A stretch of DNA of 64,000 nucleotides from a virus. The position numbers and the translations under genes are program-made. Below the pieces are notes generated by a model. It was given only the letters and a program-made list of their open reading frames with translations, was not told the DNA's origin and did not search any database. The stretch covers positions 17,824-81,823 of the IMG/VR virus record IMGVR_UViG_3300033156_000439, one strand, 5' to 3'. Shown here piece by piece: positions 58,831 through 64,000 of the stretch. Within the stretch, counting starts at the first letter, position 1, and every line of letters starts with the position of its first letter.

Positions 58831-59912
58831 TAAAAAGAGGAGAAGGGGTACAACTCATTCATACAAAGGATAGATTGATTGGGATAAAGACGCAAACAGC
58901 GTCAGAAATCATTTACGAAATGGACGAAGACATTCATATTCACACGAACTATTCTTTACATAACTTTCCTTTCTTGTATAAAGACAGTGCGTATAGACTG
59001 TACGTTTCAAACCTTAAATATTCACGAGGATTTCCTCAAGATGAGGAAGATCGACATTCTGGGAGGTATTATTATGTTGATTCTGGAGGGAGGGTTTACA
59101 CTGTTAATCCTGATGGGGATCTCGAAATACGCTCTCCACCGAATTATGAGTTACAAAAATTTTCGTGTATCACAGACAGAAATCAAGATGTGTTTACAAT
59201 GTTTGAAGATGGAAGCCTATATATAGCACTCGCAAGCGATTCTGGGATTCGTGTTTGGAAAAATTATGCACCTTACTTCAGTGTTTCTATGACTACACCG
59301 AGTGAGATGTACTTTGACGGAAAGAGACGGTGCATAATAGCTGCTGACTCACATCAAATTTCCCTAATAAACATAGACCAAAAGAACGTAACAAGCACGA
59401 GCTATGTAACTGAAGAAATTAAAGGTATAGCAATAGATGTATATGGAAGATATTGGGTTCTTACGTCTGATGGCAGTATAAGTGTATATAATGTAATCAA
59501 AAACAGTTTTCAAAAAGTGGATGAAAAATCCGTACCGTCAGAAGAAGCGTGGGGTATTAGTGAGAATGTTCTTTATGACATTCTTATATTAAGCACTAAA
59601 GACGGTAAAGCAAGCTTTGGTCATGTCTGGACTAAATTTAGTGATTATAGTCACTCTGTACGAGCTTCAATAGGTCATAGCTCTCAATCCTGGTCTCAGT
59701 TATTTCCAATGGGAGATTATTCAACTTGGGTCTTCGGATGGGGAAGTATCCTTCAAGTTTGGGATATGTACACTCAAGAATTCTACGCAAGAGAGACAAG
59801 TGTCTATCCACTGAGAGGAGATCCGGGTCTCGCTCGAAGCAAAGCTTGGAAAAATTTATCGCCTAACAAGCAACCCCTAATGGATTACCTCTTAGGAGGA
59901 ATTGTGACATGA
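58827..59912 (+). CDS. Putative receptor-binding protein B
   Basis: Propeller-like (GIAIDVYGRYWV); shared terminal motifs. Confidence 0.6.
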   Translation: MIKRGEGVQLIHTKDRLIGIKTQTASEIIYEMDEDIHIHTNYSLHNFPFLYKDSAYRLYVSNLKYSRGFPQDEEDRHSGRYYYVDSGGRVYTVNPDGDLEIRSPPNYELQKFSCITDRNQDVFTMFEDGSLYIALASDSGIRVWKNYAPYFSVSMTTPSEMYFDGKRRCIIAADSHQISLINIDQKNVTSTSYVTEEIKGIAIDVYGRYWVLTSDGSISVYNVIKNSFQKVDEKSVPSEEAWGISENVLYDILILSTKDGKASFGHVWTKFSDYSHSVRASIGHSSQSWSQLFPMGDYSTWVFGWGSILQVWDMYTQEFYARETSVYPLRGDPGLARSKAWKNLSPNKQPLMDYLLGGIVT

Positions 59913-61120
59913 ATCTAACAGGCACTCGGGTAATAATGGAAAATACAAAATCCCGAATTCGTGTTCACGGATCCAATCTTCCAGCCCTTCACAAATTTAA
60001 AGTTGAATATAATGGAGACATATACATTCATGGAAGAACAGAAGAAATTCCAAATTTAATATACAAGCCTTGGATATCAGCGTCAGGAAGTGGGTTTGTG
60101 GTGCTTGGAGTAGGACCTTTTTGCAGACCCATATTTGTAAATTCAAACAATGATGCATCTGGACATAAGCATATTAATCCTCCCATCTGGCTCGATGGAA
60201 ATGGAGACGTCTGGGCTTCAATTGAAAATCAAATAGTAAAGTTCAGGAAGGAAGATTGGAAAGATAGTCAGCCAACTCCTTATTACAATCCCGGATGTAC
60301 AACGGTCGATGGAGAATTTATAGTTTATAATAATAGAGTCCTCACGTTTAATGTTGAAATCGATTCCTTTTTCAATTTCATAGTTTTCCCTGTGATGTAC
60401 GATCTCGATGGAAATATAATATGGGAAGGAAAAGTAGTAGATAGCATTCCTTACGAAAACTGGTATTACTGTTGGGACATAAAAAGTGGGACAGTTATAG
60501 TTGGTGGTTATGACTTATCATTCGGATCCTTATTAGGTACCATCCAATGGGAAAAAATAGTTGCGTATTCGGATATCAATGGTGCAATTAAAGGAGAATA
60601 CACCGAAGATAGTTTCAATGGTCCACGTCCCATACGTAGACAGGGAGTGACTAAGGGACTATCTGAGGACGGAACGACCGAAGTGTTTTGGTTTTATTAC
60701 AACGAAAATAAACTTTATGCTGAAACTCGTGATTCAAATTTAAACATAAAGGATCTTGGAAGAGGAGCTTGGGGAACCATTCCTATAATAAATACAAATC
60801 TTGATTACGTGATAGGTACAAGCGTATACAGAGCTCACGAATATTATAATAAGGAATATGCCCTTACCCAACCTTGTTGTTTACCCTCATGGGAAAATCC
60901 GTATCCTCTTGGAGATTCTGGAACATGCTGGGTATCAGGAAGCACGCTTGTTGATTTGGCAAGAGGTGAATGTGTTCAAGTATCGGGTGTGACGTTTCAA
61001 GGTAAGGATAGCGGATTGTCGTGGCACAATATCTGGGGAGGAATCTATGAACCCAACGTAGAAAGCATTTACGATTACGTGATACATCCGGATGAAATAG
61101 AAGACATGTTGAAACCTTAA
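59909..61120 (+). CDS. Putative receptor-binding protein C
   Basis: YKPWISAS and IWLDGNGDVW resemble YPWIASV and VWLDEEGTIW of protein A. Confidence 0.6.
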   Translation: MNLTGTRVIMENTKSRIRVHGSNLPALHKFKVEYNGDIYIHGRTEEIPNLIYKPWISASGSGFVVLGVGPFCRPIFVNSNNDASGHKHINPPIWLDGNGDVWASIENQIVKFRKEDWKDSQPTPYYNPGCTTVDGEFIVYNNRVLTFNVEIDSFFNFIVFPVMYDLDGNIIWEGKVVDSIPYENWYYCWDIKSGTVIVGGYDLSFGSLLGTIQWEKIVAYSDINGAIKGEYTEDSFNGPRPIRRQGVTKGLSEDGTTEVFWFYYNENKLYAETRDSNLNIKDLGRGAWGTIPIINTNLDYVIGTSVYRAHEYYNKEYALTQPCCLPSWENPYPLGDSGTCWVSGSTLVDLARGECVQVSGVTFQGKDSGLSWHNIWGGIYEPNVESIYDYVIHPDEIEDMLKP

Positions 61121-61132
61121 AAATTAAAAACA

Positions 61133-61215
61133 CGGGTGGGATTTCTTTTAATTCTTTTCTTATCCCACCGCTTTCGACTTCTTATTTTACTTTTTCGGTT
61201 TCCTTTTCTATTTGC
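61133..61215. terminator. Terminator between convergent late and right-arm genes
   Basis: Inverted repeat GGTGGGAT...ATCCCACC with T-rich tracts. Confidence 0.55.
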
Positions 61216-61224
61216 TCTCATTTC

Positions 61225-61605
61225 CTATTGAAATGAAGGATCAACTTCTTCTCGTTTTGAATTCTTCTTTTCTTCGTCGGCTTTCTTCTTTTCTTTCTCG
61301 TATTGATTTTTGATTTCGTTCCACAGGAGTTTTCCTGATATTATTGTCTTTTGATGTTGGAGTAGGTCTGCGAATATCTTATCAAGGTATTTCTTCATCT
61401 CGTTCATAGCTTCTATGAACTCGTCAGATGCTATCCACCCAAAGTCTGAATTAGCATCTTGTTTAATTTCCAGATACACTGAATAGATTCCCTCAAGGTG
61501 CTCAACTATTGACTTTATGTAGTCTATGTGATTTCTTAGCCACATCAGATAAACGTCGTCAGCGTAACCCATCACTTCCTCTTTTGCTCTCGGCATAATT
61601 ATCAC
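61225..61605 (-). CDS. Hypothetical helical protein
   Basis: 126 aa ORF; GGAGGTGA RBS suggests a start near 61596. Confidence 0.6.
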   Translation of the reverse strand: MIIMPRAKEEVMGYADDVYLMWLRNHIDYIKSIVEHLEGIYSVYLEIKQDANSDFGWIASDEFIEAMNEMKKYLDKIFADLLQHQKTIISGKLLWNEIKNQYEKEKKKADEEKKNSKREEVDPSFQ

Positions 61606-62189
61606 CTCCTAACCAATCCTTTATATTTGTCATCATGAAGTTCGTAGTCCTTCCACATCTTGGGTAACATGTCCTCTGGTTTCCACTCCTCTTGACCATA
61701 CTTGCCTTTGTATTCTCTGAGGACTTTTCCGGTTCTGAAGAATGAGATTTGAGCAACTCGCATTCCAACATGAAGGACTACTGACGTTGAGGGCAAATGA
61801 TTAGTAATCTCCATTGTCCATTTGTTCACGAAGCCCACATCTCCAAAACCAGCACACTTGCACACAGACACGCCGAGTCTTCCAAGCGAGCTTCTCGCGT
61901 TCATCTTGCTCGCTATATTGTTACGACCACCTATTACTTCTTGAGTATGAGCCAGAATCGTTTCCCCTGGACGGACAACTATGTGATCAATAGCTTTCTT
62001 AATTTCCCAATACCTTTCCACAACGTATTTATTATATGGATCAAGAAACCGTGAGTATGGGATCCCCACCGCGTAGTACTCTCCAAGTTTCACATCATAA
62101 CTATTAGGATTTAATTGTTCTTCTCTAAATGGTTCTATTACTATATTTCCTTTCTTTATTTCCTTAAGAATTTCAGCATCTGATAACAT
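61602..62189 (-). CDS. dcd: dCTP deaminase
   Basis: MLSD.EI, NPNSYDVKLG, ARSSLGRLG, DVGF...TMEITN, GMRVAQISF and YKGKY. Confidence 0.92.
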   Translation of the reverse strand: MLSDAEILKEIKKGNIVIEPFREEQLNPNSYDVKLGEYYAVGIPYSRFLDPYNKYVVERYWEIKKAIDHIVVRPGETILAHTQEVIGGRNNIASKMNARSSLGRLGVSVCKCAGFGDVGFVNKWTMEITNHLPSTSVVLHVGMRVAQISFFRTGKVLREYKGKYGQEEWKPEDMLPKMWKDYELHDDKYKGLVRR

Positions 62190-62824
62190 AGTCTCGTTTC
62201 ACTCCTTAAGTTTCTTTATTCATAATAAGTTTTTAATGCACGTTAGGTTCCAGTGAAGTTCTTCTATTTCGTCTTCTATGATTCGTATTTTACCTTCTAA
62301 ATGGCTCTTTCTTTTCTTGAGAGCAGTCAAGTGCGATTCTAAATATTTAATTGCCACTCGAGAGGGGAAGGCTACGCACCTTAGAAATCATTTCTTGGAT
62401 TTTCATTTTTTATTTCCAAAAGAAGTGATTATAGATTAGGATAAGAAGTGGAAGAATTATCACCATAAACGCAAAGACATAGAACGCTATAAACGCCAAA
62501 GTTTCGATCACATCCAGTTTCATGTCCCTCACCGTAGGAAGAAATAATATATTAAAAGACTAAGTGTTGCACCTGCAATCCAACAGACGAACCACACTCT
62601 GAATGATATACAGTTATCGTTTATTACTCTCCACATGTAATTCTTTTTCATTTCTTGACCTCCACCAACCTGAATGTCTTCGTTTCTACGAACCTTTTCT
62701 CTCCAAGTACATTCGTTTCGTAGAGGGTACATATAACGTGTGTGGGATATCTTTCACCTATTAGAAACACGAGTTCACATTCAGGCTCACACAATTTCCA
62801 TTTCAATTTGTTATTTTCCATTTT

Positions 62825-63019
62825 TCACGCCTCCGAATTTAATTTAGTACTGATGAGATAAGTCACAATTTGTTCCCACTCCGTTCGATACAGAAAGATT
62901 TCACCTGATTTATCTCCATCCACGTCTATTGCCGTTATTTCAATGGCATCATCATCGAATAGCTTGACAATTAATTTGTCATCTTCCAAACCATTTAATT
63001 CTAACTTCTTCATGTTCAC
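62825..63019 (-). CDS. Small hypothetical protein
   Basis: 64 aa co-oriented ORF. Confidence 0.5.
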   Translation of the reverse strand: MNMKKLELNGLEDDKLIVKLFDDDAIEITAIDVDGDKSGEIFLYRTEWEQIVTYLISTKLNSEA

Positions 63020-63078
63020 GATAACGAATCTAAAATAACATTATTGTATTCTCTTAGAGATGTGTGCATTAGATTCTT

Positions 63079-63948
63079 CTATTTTGACTTAGTTTCATTG
63101 TTTTCGCTTATCTCTTTTAGTTTCTTTTGGTAGTAAGAATATAATCTTTTAGGTGTAGAATAGTATCTCGCTTTACACTCCGTTGCAATGTACTGAGCTA
63201 TGAGTGACATAGCTACTTTCTTATCTCTGAATTGTTCAGGACCCAACTCTTCCAAAACCTTTTGAATTTCATTCATGATTTCAGCTACCGGTAGTTCAGG
63301 AAGTTTGGGACGTTCTGAATCAATATCGACTTCTACCCTTTTCATGTCTGGAACGTCTAATCTTGCTTTATAAAAGATCTTCTTTCCGCCTTCATACGTC
63401 TTATAGACTACTCCTTCTCTGCCTTCCTCTTTCGCACGATCTAACATTTTTTCAATTTGTTCCTCGAGTTTTTCAATGGTTGAATGAGAAGTTACAGCCC
63501 AGAGTTTAACTATGGGTAACTTCCACTGATAACAGAATTGATAAACCCTATTGTAGTTCCACCATCCGTTTTCAGGGTCATAAATGTCAAAGACTACTAA
63601 GTCGTCCTTCTCGTGTCTTTCCACACGTGTAGGACTAATACCCTTCTGGAGCAACTCAAAGAATATAATAATATCGTGATTCCATTGATATTTTTCGGTT
63701 CGAAGTGCTTCCTTAAGAATGTCAACACGACCAGTCTTGTAAATAGAGGCGAGTATGTCTTGACTTGGAGGAATCAAGTTCCGACTTCCAAATTGAATGT
63801 TGTCGTCCTCATCTAAGAATGCTCTGATGTTGGAACCGTCTCTTTTTTCTTCCCAAAATATTAGTTTGCCAAGGAGTTCTCGACCTCCATAAGGACTCTC
63901 CCTTAAATATTGTAACTTCGGATACTTAATTACATCTTCCACCTTCAT
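63079..63948 (-). CDS. ATP-dependent RNA ligase family protein
   Basis: KYPK, motif I EEKRDGSN, FFEL, VFDI, EGVVYK and YK; no OB domain seen. Confidence 0.8.
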   Translation of the reverse strand: MKVEDVIKYPKLQYLRESPYGGRELLGKLIFWEEKRDGSNIRAFLDEDDNIQFGSRNLIPPSQDILASIYKTGRVDILKEALRTEKYQWNHDIIIFFELLQKGISPTRVERHEKDDLVVFDIYDPENGWWNYNRVYQFCYQWKLPIVKLWAVTSHSTIEKLEEQIEKMLDRAKEEGREGVVYKTYEGGKKIFYKARLDVPDMKRVEVDIDSERPKLPELPVAEIMNEIQKVLEELGPEQFRDKKVAMSLIAQYIATECKARYYSTPKRLYSYYQKKLKEISENNETKSK

Positions 63949-64000
63949 ATTTCGCGTATAACAAAACTTTTATTGTTAAGAAATAGTAATATATACGGAG

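Noticed and set aside
52217-61120. Diversity-generating retroelement acting on tail genes
   Set aside because: No reverse transcriptase and no TR/VR pair differing only at adenines seen in the window
1-64000. Short ORFs antisense to or nested in the called genes (e.g. 14460..14933, 38963..39457, 49283..49807), and tRNA, rRNA or integrase genes
   Set aside because: The short ORFs are shadow frames of well-supported genes; no tRNA cloverleaf, rRNA or recombinase motif was recognised by eye

Overview
This window looks like about 64 kb of a head-tailed (Caudoviricetes-like, siphovirus-type) archaeal virus genome. The archaeal host is inferred from an Alba chromatin gene, GGTGA/GGAGG ribosome-binding sites and T-rich terminators. 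Left arm (1-15.5 kb, minus strand): a tandem array of about 14 divergent paralogs sharing a C-terminal motif, four of them disrupted. The array is coupled to a metallopeptidase-vWA gene near a MoxR-like AAA ATPase and contains an orphan AbiEi-like antitoxin. An amidoligase and class II glutamine amidotransferase cassette follows. A divergent control region (15.8-19.0 kb) holds several hairpin elements, AT-rich repeats, a G-string and a wHTH gene. The plus-strand late region (19-61 kb) encodes glycosyltransferases, terminase, portal and two separate HK97 capsid plus protease modules. It also encodes a papain-like peptidase, an MBL-DNA ligase fusion, an ASCH/intein/phosphoesterase-like fusion, DUF2341 adhesins, a radical SAM enzyme and Alba. 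Tail genes include a predicted -1 frameshift, the tape measure and three paralogous receptor-binding candidates. Right end (minus strand): dCTP deaminase and an RNA ligase. From memory, the dual-capsid layout matches ANME-1 viruses of the Ekchuahviridae, which needs checking. All calls come from reading motifs by eye; no searches were run.
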